NCBI GenBank assembly: GCA_043228905.1
Contig: JBHGNT010000016.1
Coordinates: forward strand, 18,848,001 to 18,912,000
DNA: 64,000 nucleotides
Source of the DNA: Azolla caroliniana
Taxonomy: Eukaryota > Plantae > Polypodiophyta
Direction of reading: 5' to 3'
A program made the position numbers and the translations under genes. Below the pieces are notes generated by a model that saw only the letters and a program-made list of their open reading frames with translations, ran no database searches and was not told the DNA's origin. Below, piece after piece: positions 12,264 to 26,573 of this stretch (the stretch's first letter is position 1; each line of letters opens with the position of its first letter).

Positions 12264-15200
12264 TCAAGTATGGTTTTTCAAGATGTCACAAATCTTTTTA
12301 TGCGTTGTCCACATTTTCTTTTGGCAAGGCTTGCCACAATACCTGCAAGAAAACATCCATTCATTTGAATCACATGTATGGAAACTAACATGGCCTATAT
12401 TATGTGCATGGCATAAGGACAATTAATAGTCGGTTTATTGATGTTTAACTTGTTAGAGACAACATGGCCTTCGTTGTCTCAATTCACACTGATTCATACA
12501 AGTGTCATGTTCACAAGAAGTTTGAGAAAACCAACCATTCATATTTACACCTTGAGCACCTTTGCACTGCCTGACCTCCACATGATGCACATTTAGGTGC
12601 TTCCATGGATTCCTAGTAAAATGACACACACAGATATTGTCATGAGAAAACTTGTTTTATCCATTATTTGTGGATGAAAACAGTTGGGCAACATACTCAA
12701 AGGAAACAAGCACAGAAATCCTGACTGATTGTGGATAAGCAATCAGGGTTGGACATAGTCAAGAAGAGTATCAAGCAAGAAATTGTTGACAATAACTCTA
12801 TGGCAGAGGTTGACAGTTGAGTATTATGCATTAAATTTGGATACAGGAATAATGAAATATTATTTATTAAAGTGTGGCTTGACAGTGAAGACTATATATA
12901 TATATATATTAAAGCTGCATATATATTGTTACATGAGATTCTGAGGCATGTTTCTTGTGGATCCTCCTGTACTCTATTGATTACCTATGTTATCTTGCTC
13001 CCAGTGGTTCTAGATTAAGCAGGAGGATGGAAGAAAGGAATATATTTACCTGGTAGCGGCGATTATGGAGTATTCTACACTTGGAATTTCAATGCTAGAA
13101 CAGGTTCACATCCCTGAGACATCTGTCATAATCCTGAGGTTCTATACAATCAAGACGATGATTCTATGTGAACCTCTCAACAGATAAAGCACTTTCCACT
13201 ACCTATGGATGTCAATTTCTCAAACTAGGTTGCCAACAAATAGAGTCATTACAGCCAAAGGGTCAACATCCTTTCACCCCATCCCTATTGGAGCTTATCC
13301 TACTTGTTCTCAACTAGAGGGTTGTTATTTGTTCTACTTTCTTTAACATTTATTAATCTGTCATTTTTAAAGTTGTCATTCTAGGCTTTCGCTGCCATTA
13401 ACATTATATTTAATTTCATTTGATCATTAAATTTGCCGAGTCTACAATTATGTAATTCAAAATGTAAATTCCATTTTTTTAGAAAATCAAGTAAAAGATA
13501 ATTAAGAAAAACAAAATACCCCAAACTGAAACATTCTTAACATTTCCTTAATATGGCATGGTGACGATTCTGACGTAGAGTACGTTGACACAAGTTGCAT
13601 TTCCGCAATTCGATCTAATATTAAACAAAAAGATATATTTAGTAACCTGGAGTACAAAAACTAATTATAATTAACGTATATGAAATGAACTTTACAATTC
13701 TTCTCTTACATATCAAAGCAGAATAAATTCACAATATCTCTTAAGTAAGTAGTATTAATAATAATACTTACTTAAGAGATAGGAGGGTTTCACTATAAAC
13801 ACTTAGGATAAATTGGCCCTTTCCATTCAAGATAGGAGAGTTTCACTCACCCCAATTTCTAGACGCGAGCAATTTCTCTCTCAATACAGGAACCTGCATG
13901 TGTAAATTCAGTTCAGGAATATTTCTCTCTAAGGAAAAGATTATGTATGCTATTGACCATGAAGAGGATGGCCACAGATGACTATTTCATACTCAAACCA
14001 TCAAACCTTAACCAATATCCGGAATACTTTTTCTGGGCTATTTCTAATTAGTAAACCATGAAGAGGATGGCCACAGAAGACTATTTCATACTCAACTGTC
14101 AAACATAAACCAATATCAGGAATACTTTCTCTGGGCTATTTCTAATTAGTAAGAAACTTCAGCTAGTTTCAGCAACAGATCAATGCCATGTGTACGCATG
14201 TAGAATACATACATCTAAATAAGAAGATATGGAACACAACTCTCCATGCCTAGCATAAATACATTATAAATTATTTATACATAATTATTATTAAGTCTAT
14301 GTCGATTCATATAGTACACAAAATTGAAAGCATCTTTAATATGCACTTTATAATGTGCTTGTACAAAGTCGACTCCAAAATATTTTCTAATAACCTGTTC
14401 CAGAATTAAAGAGCTTATTTGCTTCTCTTCAAATTTGGGCTTCACATTGAGAGAAATCTCTTCTAGAACCTACAGTTAATTCAAAAATATTTGTTCAGTT
14501 ACGGTAAACTAAAATCACCCAAAACTAATTTGCAAGAAAGACATACCCATTGAAGTTCCTTTAAAATTGGAATCTGATCCACAAGGACATCATTAAGATG
14601 CTTTTGCAACTATACAGATAAAACATATATTAGTGGCAATTATATTAAGCCTGAAACAGAAAATCTTTTACACAGATGACAAAGAATAAATAGGACATTT
14701 CCATATTATTTGTAATCACTGAGCTCAAAAAAGGGCCTTTCTACCATTTCTTATTAACATGCAATATTTCTTGCATTTATGGTTCCAGTTTGTTACAAAC
14801 TACTCTATCTGCATTGATAATTTCTATTTCCTTCACAACATCTAAGAACGCCTTTCATTGGCTTCTACCTTAACAACTTGATCACGATGAAAATCGTTGT
14901 ACTTATATCGAGATCGGCAATTGGGTTCCATTATGAGGTTATAGATGGCTAGCCAAACCTGTAATTAGGGTTAGATTCTTGTAATAAAGCATATTATTAA
15001 AAGTACTAGAAAAAGGCAATGCACTATTAGACTTTATGTCGACCTGTGCGTCAGATTTTGTGACCTTGAAATAGTCTTCTTTTGAAACTTGTAACCATTT
15101 TCCTTCAGCATACTTCTCGATCTAAAAGAAGCAAAAAATAATCATAATTTATATATAACATAGATATTTACTTTTCACACAAAAATACAGATTTCCATGG

Positions 15201-18200
15201 GGTAAATGGTATTATATATCAGAACAAAAATCATATTTACCCCATAGTCATACAGACATTCAGAAACAGGAAACAACAAAAGGTGATGGGATCAAAATGG
15301 TTGTTCTTGACAGAGTGCTTAGAGAGTGGAACAAGAGATGGTTTGTTTCCATGTCAACATAGATTGAAACGCATACTTGAAAACAAGAAATAAACAATAA
15401 TGCTTTAATTCATAAAAAATGAGAAGATTACCATGAGCGTGCTTCCTTTCCAATACTCTCTCCTCCATGGAGGATTTTCAACTAATGGGACAAGGCTCAT
15501 GATAACATCATGTTTGTCTATAAAACGTGCCTGAAGGAAAAATTAATATAATCATATTAACTTGGATCGCTAATGCTACATAAACATTAGCCTCTAGAGT
15601 ACGAAATGAGACACAAGCTTACCATTATGCACAGTGGTAAAACATTGATGTAATCCGTTAGATACCTAAAATGAACGATACATTTAGGAATCATAAAGTT
15701 CTAATAGTCTCTTGAAAGTGTTGATTTGGTATGCTTTGAATGTTCAATCTGTTTCTACATACAATTTAATATTTTGGTTCATTTCCAAACAACGACCCTT
15801 TGTAAAGTCTACTATCAATTTATTTTTAGGAAGGTCATACAATTATACGCAGAATTATTTTTTCATAATACAATTAGAGATATCAACAAAAAGAGCTACA
15901 GATGATTGCAAACTGCGCCACTGATACTATATACAAGAGATTTGATAGCTTGCACTAGGCAACCACCATTGTCTCATAATATATGTAAGGCATGTTACAC
16001 ATTGTCTCATAATCAGTTCACCATTTAAGCCATGCCTGCATTTATATACCGAGAGTAAATTTTTATATCTAAGCTAATTGTTATAAACATAGAGAAAACT
16101 ACCGTAATATTGTCAAGGCACACATGCTTGTCTGAAATCGTGTGAATGATACCTAAAAACATGCCCATGAATCACCATAAGCAGTTGTAATCTTTGTTAG
16201 ATCTCATGTCTTAGTGTGATCTTTTCAAGATGTTAATGAATATTTAACTTTATTTTATGTTACACTATCTGTAAGATTTATGGAGTTGAGAACTATAGGA
16301 CTACAATTACTGGACATAATTGTGCCTAGTTGTATGAGTCACTTCAAGAACGTGAGCTAAACCAAATCGGCTCACCAACATGGGGGTGAGAGCTAGAAGC
16401 CAGAAATAGTTGAAGTAGACTCTCATACCTTGACAATTTGATGGATCATTAGAGAAGGTAAAGCAAGGCAGGAGATTTTTCAGATTTTCAAATAAATTAG
16501 CACCATCGAAATGAAGGAAGATTTCCCCCATTGGTGTTCTTTATTCTTTACATCAATGACATAGAGTTATATAGTGCATGAAATGGGGGAAGTGAAACAT
16601 ATCAACAGAACAAAGTGATTAGGTTGTTCGATTGGAGACATTATGGCTGCCACTGTAAATTTCTTATTAAATAAGGGGGAGATACTAGTGCCACTTTTAA
16701 CAGGGTTTTGCCCCACTCCTGAAGGTAATGGAATATGAACAAGGATGTTTTCGGATAAGAACAATGTCACCTGACACTGAAGATGCTTTCCTTTACTTCA
16801 GAGATCTCTTGATCTTAGATTGGCCCATGTTGGATATCTTTCGAATGCAAAAGTTTCAGTCAATCTAAGCTCATAACATTACATGCTTCACTAAGGGGAA
16901 TATTTGGTATCTTGGGCCGTTTTCTAATCTAGTTAAATTCATTGGTTTGTAACATTTTCAGTGCTAGCACACTTTTCCATCACAAGATGTACCAAGACAT
17001 TTTTACAAGGAAAATTTGAAATTGAGTTCATAGAGAGGTTAACATATTTTTCAATTGAGTTGATTTATTACTTAGATTTTTATCTAATACATTCCATCAA
17101 ATCCACATGTAATATTTCATATACAATATACCTTCTCTTCAAATTCCTGTTGAATAGTCATGTTGACAAAATCTTTAGCTTTTTTTTCTAAATCATAAGA
17201 CAACTACTTGAGTACGGTTTGTCTCAGAACAATTACAAAACAGATTGTACCGAAGTAAAGAAATGTCAAATCGAAATTGTTAAATTGTTAAACAGATGTA
17301 GGTTTCACAATGAATGTTTACAAATAATAAAAGATGGAATCAAGACAAGCTTGTATAAGGATCGCATTAACTATAAATGCACTACCACCATTCCAACATA
17401 GCTTTGAATGTCCACACTTGGACATGACCAAAATAAAACTAGAAAACAATAGAACAAGTGATCCAAACTGATATCATCAGCAAGGAGATGGTGCACTCTA
17501 AGACCCTATTTTTACATGACAATGGATTTATCATAAGGTCCTCTCATGTGGATGTGCATCTATCTTATAAATTTCGCAGTTTGATAGGGTAAGTCAGGAC
17601 CCTTCACCACATTAGAGATTGAGAGAGGCAGATGTGCACACAAAAGTATGAACGGATTTGCCAATTACGCCATCAGGATGTGGAATTTAAAGAACACTAG
17701 TTTCGTTATTGTACTATTTTTTATAAAATAAGGGAGAGGTACCACTACCTCTTCAAGCAAGGCGTTTGTCCACTTTGCAAGGTAATGAAATACAAAGACC
17801 ATGATGGCACCCTATAAGACTCACTTTGTACACACATCAGAGGATGGATTCATCATCAGGCCATCTTATATGGACATACATCTATTCTACGCGCTGCACA
17901 ATTTGATAGGGCAGCTGCAAACTTCATCATATCAGTTAGAGATTGCGGTAGGTAGATATGCATAAATACCTCTACAAGAAATAATTTGCCAATTGTGTCA
18001 TTAACGAGTGGAATCTGAAGAACACTATGTTTATCATTGTAGAGTTCTCTATAAAATAAAAGGGAGATACCATTTCCTCTTTAAGCAAGGCTTTGGCCCA
18101 CTATGCAAGGTAGTGGAATATGAGGACCAACGGTGCTTGGACACAACGGTTCTTGATAGAGCTCAAGAGACACAAGGAAAATTTATTGAAGGACAATAGT

Positions 18201-21200
18201 AGAACCACATGCTCATCAACAAAGACTAATCACAACTTTCTTTAGCCCCATCACTCCTACGCATGCTACAAGTCAATCAAGGGTTACACAAATGGGCTCT
18301 TGACCAGGACATAACAAACAGGTTACAATAGATTGGGCAACAGAAATTTACCGTGCACATAGGACCGGCCTCAAGGACCACAATCTCACCAACCTTGTCA
18401 TCAACAGATAAGGGCCATTATGTCCGACCATCAGAAGAGAAGTGCTACATTCGATCCAGAGACCTCTCCATTCTGGATCAGCCTATGCTAGAGATCTAAC
18501 TTGAGAATCTTACATGTATTAATAATAGCAGGATTCTTTAGTCTCTGTTTATCTTATTTACTTTTTTTACTCGGTAACATTTATTTTGCTTTCTTGTTCT
18601 CAAAGACGAGACCACATTGAAGATGTAATCTCTTGTTGGTCTTATAGGCCATTTTGGCCTCTAAAAAGATGTTGGCATATCTTTCTTTCTTTATTTCTAT
18701 GAAATAAATAAATAGAGCATCAATTTTTTGAATAAAATGAAATAGAAGATTACCCCCGATTTACAGCAGTAAGGATGTATTTAAGGATGAAAGATTTATT
18801 TCAGAAAACAAACAGACCTTTATATGTGACATCTTCTTTTCCATTTGTATTGAGATACAAAAGCTTGCGATAGCAAAAATCAGCCAGCTGCACAATCAAA
18901 ATAACTTGAAGTAAGAATCTAACTGTTGATTAATACAAGTATGAAAACATCCTTCACTAGAGATAATATTGAGATTCATTAGCAGGGTACTAGAAATAGA
19001 TTTATTGTAATTAATGTTATTAAGGAATGACTATGCTATAGTTTAATTCAATATTCCTCTATGACAATATAGAACATCATTAACTTTGGAAAGCCAGACA
19101 GGCAGGTTTCCAAAAGTGTTTCACAACTTTGGACTACACATTGACCCCCAAGCCTTTATTGAGGATGCAAGAAACCATAAAAGGAGAATCTATTGTTGCT
19201 TTGTGGATGTCTGGAAGCCTTCAACACAACACAACATGCTCAGCTCATTCAGCAACTAGGTTCACTTGGAGTACTAGCAGATATGCAATGGGGAATCTAT
19301 GCACTATACAAATCAGAGTCACAAAAAGTATCACTCCTATTGGTTTGTCAGAGATCATGGCTAGCAAATTTGGAGTAAAACAAGGATGTCCACCATCACT
19401 CACTCCCTACAATATTTATATATAGATGAGATATCTAAATTCATAGAGAGACTGGATGGTTCAGGAACATGGTTAGCAGGAGCCGCCAAACTAATACTAC
19501 TATATGCCAATGACATTGCGTTGATCTCCAACTTTCTGGAGGGCTACAAATACATCTAAATGCTTTAAAGTCATTTTTATGGATAAATATTTGTCAGTCA
19601 ATCTTGCTAAAGTATGGATAACTATATCAAAACCAGAATTTTTCTTGAGAGAGGAAAAGGTGTCATACACTTAGTTCCCCTGTTTCTATTTGAGACATGT
19701 TTCCATAACTGCACATTCTGCTCTAGTCATGTGGAAGATTGCAAACTCAAACTTCTCAAGGACTAAATCCAATTGCTAAACAGACAAACACACTGACCAA
19801 TATGATCCTGATGGAACGACATTTCTTTCCAAACATATAATTGGCAGAATCTGTTTATGCAGTAAATCATTCTGCTTGCTGCTCCCTCATGCCTTAGTTT
19901 TGATCTGCACCAGATAACTTTGACGACATAGACTGGCTGGAACCACAACAGATCTTACATCTGCACTAACACATTCCTGATTTGATGCTTAATACATCTA
20001 TGAATACGTAGCATTTTCTACTCAATTCAGGTGACTGCATGCCTGGTGCATGTGACAGCAGAAGCTACAAATGTGTAGCTTTTTCCTCTTTCCCAGTCCA
20101 ACTGACTGGAATTCAAAGTACCATGATGTGTATAATGGTGTATCCAACAAATCTTATTACTTCCCCATTAGAAAGAGGAAAGGGGCACAATACAAAAACA
20201 AATAAAGAAATAATCAAAGTCATAAACTAGATCACAAATTCACACATCAAAGAAATTCCATCTCAAGGCGCATTAACTTTTTAGACTGCCATATCCAAAG
20301 CATGTTACTAAATGCACCATCCCAAGGAACAACGCAACATAGATGTATTTCAACCACCCACAGCATAGCATCGACAAAACACTCCATTGCAATGAGAATA
20401 CACTGAATGATCGATCATAAGGAACATCAATATTTTTCAACCACTTCATTCATAGAATGGACTAGATGTCATCGTATCTCTACTCAATACGATGATTTCT
20501 CTGGTATCATTTAAAATCCAATAAGATATCATTTTAATTCTCAACGACCCAATTTCTCTAGTTAGGTTGACTTTGGATTTCAGTTTAAATGGGTGAAATG
20601 TCTAACATTTAGCTTCAAAACCAAAAAATACATTATGATTTCAACTGTGCACGCAAGATGCACCATAGCTACGAAGATAAAATTAATGAGAAAAATACCT
20701 CAAGAAGTGCATCTGATCCCATTGCCTCACATGCATCTTGATGATATAAGAGTACCTGAGATCAATTTGCATCATTCCAAGTCAAACATCTTGGTTGGAT
20801 ATTATCCCTTGAATATAGCTACACATCCTACAATATCAGCAGAGTGAATGTTGCACTTGTTATGTATAGCATAATTTTTCTGCTTGATTTCTTTCCCACA
20901 GCATTGTGAAGCCTTTTGTGGATGAACTTTGGCATTTACTAATTAGGAAAGTTATTTGTGCATGTTGCATAATGATTACATAAAGGAATACTAAGGGTAA
21001 TTTTCCTTTGTGTTTAAATATTCATATGTTAAATTCAATTCAATTGGGAAGATATATGACCCTTCATATGAAAACCTTGTCATATGAGAAAACACTTTAT
21101 TTCTCAGGTGGAGATAGGTAATGCATATCATATGGCTGATCGAGAACCTTTGGCTTTTGGACATCAACTTTACAAGGAAAACTTGTCATTCCATACTTGA

Positions 21201-24200
21201 TTGGTAAGAGTATTGGTTTACCATATTTGGGCTGCAATGTTTTAAAATAGGTGGTCCACTACAATACATATGAATATATAAGATGAAAGCCTAAATCTCC
21301 AAGTTTCATACCTCCAGCAAGTTGGTTATGGAACCTTCATGGTAGATACTCAATGTCAAGTGAACTGTTGAAAAATCACTTGTAACCTTTTGAGCAATTT
21401 TAGGAAATACTTTCGCCAGCCATATCTAAAAAAGATATTTTTGTTAGTTCTGTTTCTTATGGGCATGTAGAACAAACACTAAAAATCAAATGCACCTACG
21501 AATGGAGCTTAATACTGTGAAATAAATGAATATCCTATTGAATACCTCTATGACCAAAAGCTCATGAATCAAAAGTCCAAATTTGTCATGTGATATTAGT
21601 GCCTGAAATGAGTAAATTCAGCATTGAATTATTAAATTTAAAATGTTTCTTCATTCAACAATCAAACTGTTACCACTTGAGCTGAGTAAGAAAGAAAGAA
21701 AGATATATGAACATTTTTTAAGAGACCAAAATGGCCTAGAAGACCGAACAAGAGAGTGCATCTTAAAATGTTGTCTCATCTTGAAAACAACAGGCCAAAA
21801 TAAATACAACTATATATAGGTTACTTAGAATCTAGTGATGTAAACACCTAAGATTCTAAATTTAGGTAGACCGAAATGCTTTCCTTTGAAGAATCTCCAA
21901 CATGAACCGCTCCAAAATGCAAAGAATTCCAGAGCAAGGAAATCACCTTCAGTGCAAGGTGAGAGTGGCCTTTATTTGTCAATGACAAGGATGACAGAGC
22001 TGTGATTCAACTGATTGTGGCCTGCTATTACCCAATCTATCCACCTGAACCAATGATAGAAACTCTACGGAATAACTATCAAATTTACATTTTTCACTTT
22101 TGGTGTAAAGTCCATATTCCTGGAGTTCGACGAGGACTAGATAAACATGTTGGGTGCGTTCCCCCAGTTTTGGTGAGAAGATTAGGATGTCATTGAGATA
22201 GACGATGACCAACTGATCTAAATACTCTTGAAAGTTGTCATTCATCATATGTTGGAAAACAGCAGGTGCATTTGTGAGCCCAAACAATTGCCATATATTC
22301 AAACTACCCATAGAGTGTTTCAAAAACCTGGCCTTCCATTCACCACCAGGCTTAATAGGAACCAGGTTGTAAGCACCTCAAATATTGACTTTGGAGAATA
22401 TACGTCCACTTTGGAGCCGGTCGAAGAGCCCACGAATCAACGGTAGCAGGTAACAACTTTTGTATGGTAACAATTTTAACAAACAAGTAGGGGCACCAGC
22501 TAGAGATTTTGAGTGTCAAATAAACCCTTTGGTGTTACTCGAAAGGGGTATATACTCGAAAGATTTTACAGATACTTGAGGGAATCCATCAAGACCTAAT
22601 CACAGAACTGATCCATGTCCAAGAATGACACAAAGAAGAAACCTATTGCCAACAGCCTACTGCCCTGACTTTCATGGACAGAAATAAGCTCTCCCTTCTA
22701 CATTGAAACATCATGAAAACATGCTCTTTGTGTTAAGTTGGTCTACAGGCACTTAGGCCCTTTCCACATCAAAGAGCAAGTTAACCCAGTGGAGTTTTAA
22801 CTAAACCTCCCTATGCATTTTTGGATCCACAATGTTATTGGAATCTTACATGAAACAACAATCTGCAGTTGCCAACCAAAGTGGCAAGTCCATTCATGGC
22901 CTCCAATTCATTTCACGTTTTTGGAAGCATTTCTTTCAACTCCTCAAACCCCAAAATTTTGTGGTTAGGTTCTGGGAACCTAATCTGAAGTAAGATTCAT
23001 AAAGCATCCATGCAATGCAACTTGAGAAGCTGATTATTTCTCAATGTGTGTGAAATGATCTGGCTCTCAAATTTTGATTCTGATTTTGACCTCCCCTACT
23101 CTATCCTCACAGCAAAAAGACTATGAATGAGTAAAAATAAAGAAACAAATACATGATGTACCTATTTAAATATTAATAATACATGGTACTTACTCCCATC
23201 ACAAAATCATCTGAGTGTGTCATGGTATTATAGTGTGCCTGAAAAATGAAACAGTACGAAAGATGAGTCATTTCCCAGACATTTAATACATAATTGCAGC
23301 TCATTTGAAGTCATGCATGCACATTCTGCATTTTGCTTCTATTTTCAACTCTAAGATTGTCTATCAATTAATAAAGAATAATGCAGTGTAACTGTCAATC
23401 CTTACCTTTTGGAAGAGTTGGTAATACTAGGAAGAATGTTATGGGATTAAATGATCCTACATAGAATGTAACTCGACCACATAATCAATGAATGCAGTGA
23501 AAAAGGGGCATGGGACTTGTTACAACATACAACCAACTCACTGTTTGCCAATGGATACAAAGTTAGGAAAGAGAAACTTGTTACTATTCAGAGATGTGGG
23601 ACAGTTCAAATCATAAATAGGATCCCAAATTCCTAACTTCCAATTCTAGAATGTGGCACATGGAAGAATATTCATTCTATAACAGTGGTGAGGTGCAAGT
23701 AATCTCTGGTATTTTTCCACAATGCAAGTATAGACATGGTTAGAAAAGAGAACCCTGTTTACTATATATGTCACTTGGGACAGCTCAAATCAGAAATAAG
23801 GCCCTCAATTCCTATGTATCACAGTCTTAGGAATGTATCAGCATTACAAAAGACTTGTTAGTTGAACCCACCTGTAATATGCCCATTTTTAATTTTCATG
23901 CAGTTCCTTTGAAGGCATCTTCCTATCAAGAACTAGAATACATTACAGACTTTTGATGATAAGTTTCAAATATTAAGATTGTAATGTATTAATATTCTTA
24001 AATAGTTATTTGCAAGATACCTGAAGATTGAGCTTCTCTATAATCTCATGTTGGGCCATCCAATCTGCATCCCCAACCTTCTCAGAAAAATTATAAGAAT
24101 TCAAATTCTACAAAATATGAGAGTCTAGTTGAACACAAATAGTAAATACTCAGTTGCACATGCAAAAGAATTAACTTGAATTAGAAAATTAGTCTATAAA

Positions 24201-25693
24201 ACTTTGAACACTTTATAGTCAATATAAAAGCAATGTGAAAATTTGATCTTGGAAATTGTTACATAAGGAAAAAAAAGATCATGCGGCTGTTCTAGATATT
24301 CCACTTTAGGGCTAATGTATTCCAATTTGCAGTTTCACCATCACTCTTGTTTTCATGCAAATTATATTCCCTTGTTGCGAACCCCGAGTAAAACAAGCAT
24401 AGCCTAAAGTGGCAGTATCTCCTGGATACATTAGATATTTGTTAAATATCCAATAAACTCCTACAAATTGGTTTGCATGGATACAATTTGATTTTCTATT
24501 AAATTGCTATAAACATGCATTGGTTTCTCGTCAATTTCTACCCTATATACATGAATATATATCATTTTCTTAACTCCATTCCTATCAATTTTGTCTTTTT
24601 CTCATGATTTCGAATCTTCCCTTGTTGCGAACTCCGAGTAAAACAAGCATAGCCTAAAGTGGCAGTATCTCCTGGATACATTAGATATTTGTTAAATATC
24701 CAATAAACTCCTACAAATTGGTTTGCATGGATACAATTTGATTTTCTATTAAATTGCTATAAACATGCATTGGTTTCTCGTCAATTTCTACCCTATATAC
24801 ATGAATATATATCATTTTCTTAACTCCATTCCTATCAATTTTGTCTTTTTCTCATGATTTAGAATCATGATAGCATCCAAGAAAAGCAAATTTTTTGCCA
24901 ATAAGTAGGAAAAAGGTTTCCCAGCATGCTGCCATACGAAACGCCAAACAAATTTTTATTTTGAAAATCAGGTTTTGCAGTGAGCATCGGTACAGAATTT
25001 TGAGTTTGCAAAACCAAATGTAAAACCAAAACAAATCTTGTTACTATTCATATAGACATGTATTACCTGTTCGATGTCAAAGATTCGAAGATTCTCGACC
25101 ATGTAATCAGCCTCATGACTTGTAAGGAGAACCTAGAATGATGAACAAAGAGTTTAAAGGAAATCAGGCACAGATAAAGCACTCAGAAATATAAATCAGA
25201 AAATGAAAAAATATCTTTACATGAAATTAGAGCTAAGCATTTTAAGGTCAGATAAATGAACAACGATTTGAAGTCAATTACACAAAGATTAAGCAAGCAT
25301 ATTGAAATCAAATAAAGCCATATTAAAACATCTAGAATTTGATGGACAATAGGCAAAGATTAAGCAAATGGATAAAGATCATGAAATACATAATGAGAAT
25401 CTGGACAAAGATTCAAACAAAATGAAGCAGGCATATTATAGGATCAGGCAAATGAATAAAACTTTAAAGGAAATAAGACAATCATATTAACTAGCCTTAG
25501 TCACATGAACTAATATTTTATGGAAATTAAGCAAAGATTAAGCAAAGCACATTAAGATCATATATAAACATAATACCGACAAATGTTGATAAGAACTCAG
25601 ATAAATGTTAAATAAGCAAATCAAGAAATGCCGGCTTACTCCATCTTCAGGCTTCAGAAATGCCGGTCTTTCTACTATCTGAGCAGAGGCCAT
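12264..25693 (-). CDS. ZMYND10: zinc finger MYND domain-containing protein 10 (BLU/DNAAF7), axonemal dynein assembly factor; 20 exons, about 455 aa
   Basis: GT-AG exons in consistent phase: 25693-25640, 25132-25067, 24077-24021, 23238-23194, 21602-21546, 21425-21312, 20755-20699, 18887-18818, 17187-17132, 16152-16103, 15665-15623, 15530-15432, 15121-15044, 14958-14869, 14609-14547, 14469-14395, 13893-13851, 13614-13520, 12612-12536, 12342-12264 (1368 nt, no stop). Peptides QHEIIEKLNLQA, YHEGSITNLLE, LADFCYRKL, ALTILRYLTD, ENPPW, DAQVWLAIYNL, DQIPILKELQ and MYND finger CASC..AVQRCSRCKYEWYCGKPCQKKMWTTHKKIC. Confidence 0.93.
13957..14152. repeat. ~98-bp tandem duplication in ZMYND10 intron 16
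   Basis: CCATGAAGAGGATGGCCACAGA...GGGCTATTTCTAATTAGTAA occurs twice in tandem. Confidence 0.9.
17540..18692 (+). mobile_element. intronic RTE-X-like LINE 3' fragments
   Basis: IGQLQTSSYQLEIAVGRY..ICQLCH..ESEEHYVYHC; terminal hairpin GGTCTTATAGGCCATTTTGGCCTC followed by a CTTT tail. Confidence 0.7.
19140..19670 (+). mobile_element. intronic LINE RT fragment
   Basis: GVKQGCPPSL..NIYI and LLYANDIALIS (degenerate YADD). Confidence 0.7.
21900..22540 (-). mobile_element. intronic Ty3/gypsy RT fragment
   Basis: FGLTNAPAVFQHMMND..LDQLVIVYLNDILIFS..KSEKCKF. Confidence 0.8.
24368..24859. repeat. ~250-bp tandem duplication in ZMYND10 intron 2
   Basis: TTCCCTTGTTGCGAAC...TTTTCTCATGATTT occurs twice, nearly identical. 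Confidence 0.92.
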
Positions 25694-25944
25694 GGAGAAA
25701 TTTGACGTTCCTTTATCCTCTTCTTCTCCTTCTTCGTCTTCTGTCTGTTTGTGGTTGGTTACACAGAAGGAGACGAGTGAGATTGGTTACACAGAAGGAG
25801 GCGAGTGAGATTGTTACACAGAAAGGGGGCGAGTGAGATTGATTACACAGAAGGAGGCGAGTGAGAGAGTGACATTTTCTGCAGTTCTTGGGAGGAGGAG
25901 CAGGAAGTTCTTGCAAAATTCTTAGTATTTTTTTACTTATTTGA

Positions 25945-25976
<32 letters not shown>

Positions 25977-26372
25977 TTTTTCTAAACGGTTTAAAGGCTT
26001 TCGAGGTTCAGCTTAAATTTTCTAAACGGTTCAGTTTTAAACGGAAATGCCACTATAAAACGTATGGGTTGAACCCATAGTCATTTTAAACGGAACCCAT
26101 GACTATGGTTTCAACTCATACGTTTTATAGTGGCATTTCCGTTTAAAATGACTATGGGTTCAACTCATACGTTTTATAGTGGCATTTCCGTTTAAAACTG
26201 AACCGTTTAGAAAATTTACAAGTTTAACCGAGCCGAACCACGACAGCATTTAAACTGGACTCATGGGTTCAACTCATACGTTTTATAGTGGCATTTCCAT
26301 TTATAACTGAACCATTTAGAAAATTTAAGAGTTTAACCGAGCCGAACCACGAAAGCATTTAAACCGTTTAGA

Positions 26373-26418
<46 letters not shown>

Positions 26419-26573
26419 TCAAATACGTAAAAAAATATTAAGAATTTTGCAAGAACCTCCCAAGAACTGCAGAAAATGTCACTCTCTCACTCGTCTCCTT
26501 TTGTGTAACCAACCACAAACTGACAGAAGACGAAGAAGGAGAAGAAGAGGATAAAGGAACGTCAAATTTCCCC

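Noticed and set aside
14547-14549. TGG at a position often Arg (also GMPPA VSEWIN), suggesting RNA editing
   Set aside because: Nuclear genes, positions not strictly conserved; CG>TG mutation is the simpler explanation.
20874-20940. Candidate extra ZMYND10 exons (also 16770-16800 and 17470-17500)
   Set aside because: No homology and poor phase fit; the model is complete without them.
24852-25034. Identical 60-aa ORFs here and at 27225-27407 as a conserved small protein
   Set aside because: Intronic sequence duplicated by the palindrome; non-ATG start and no recognisable motif.
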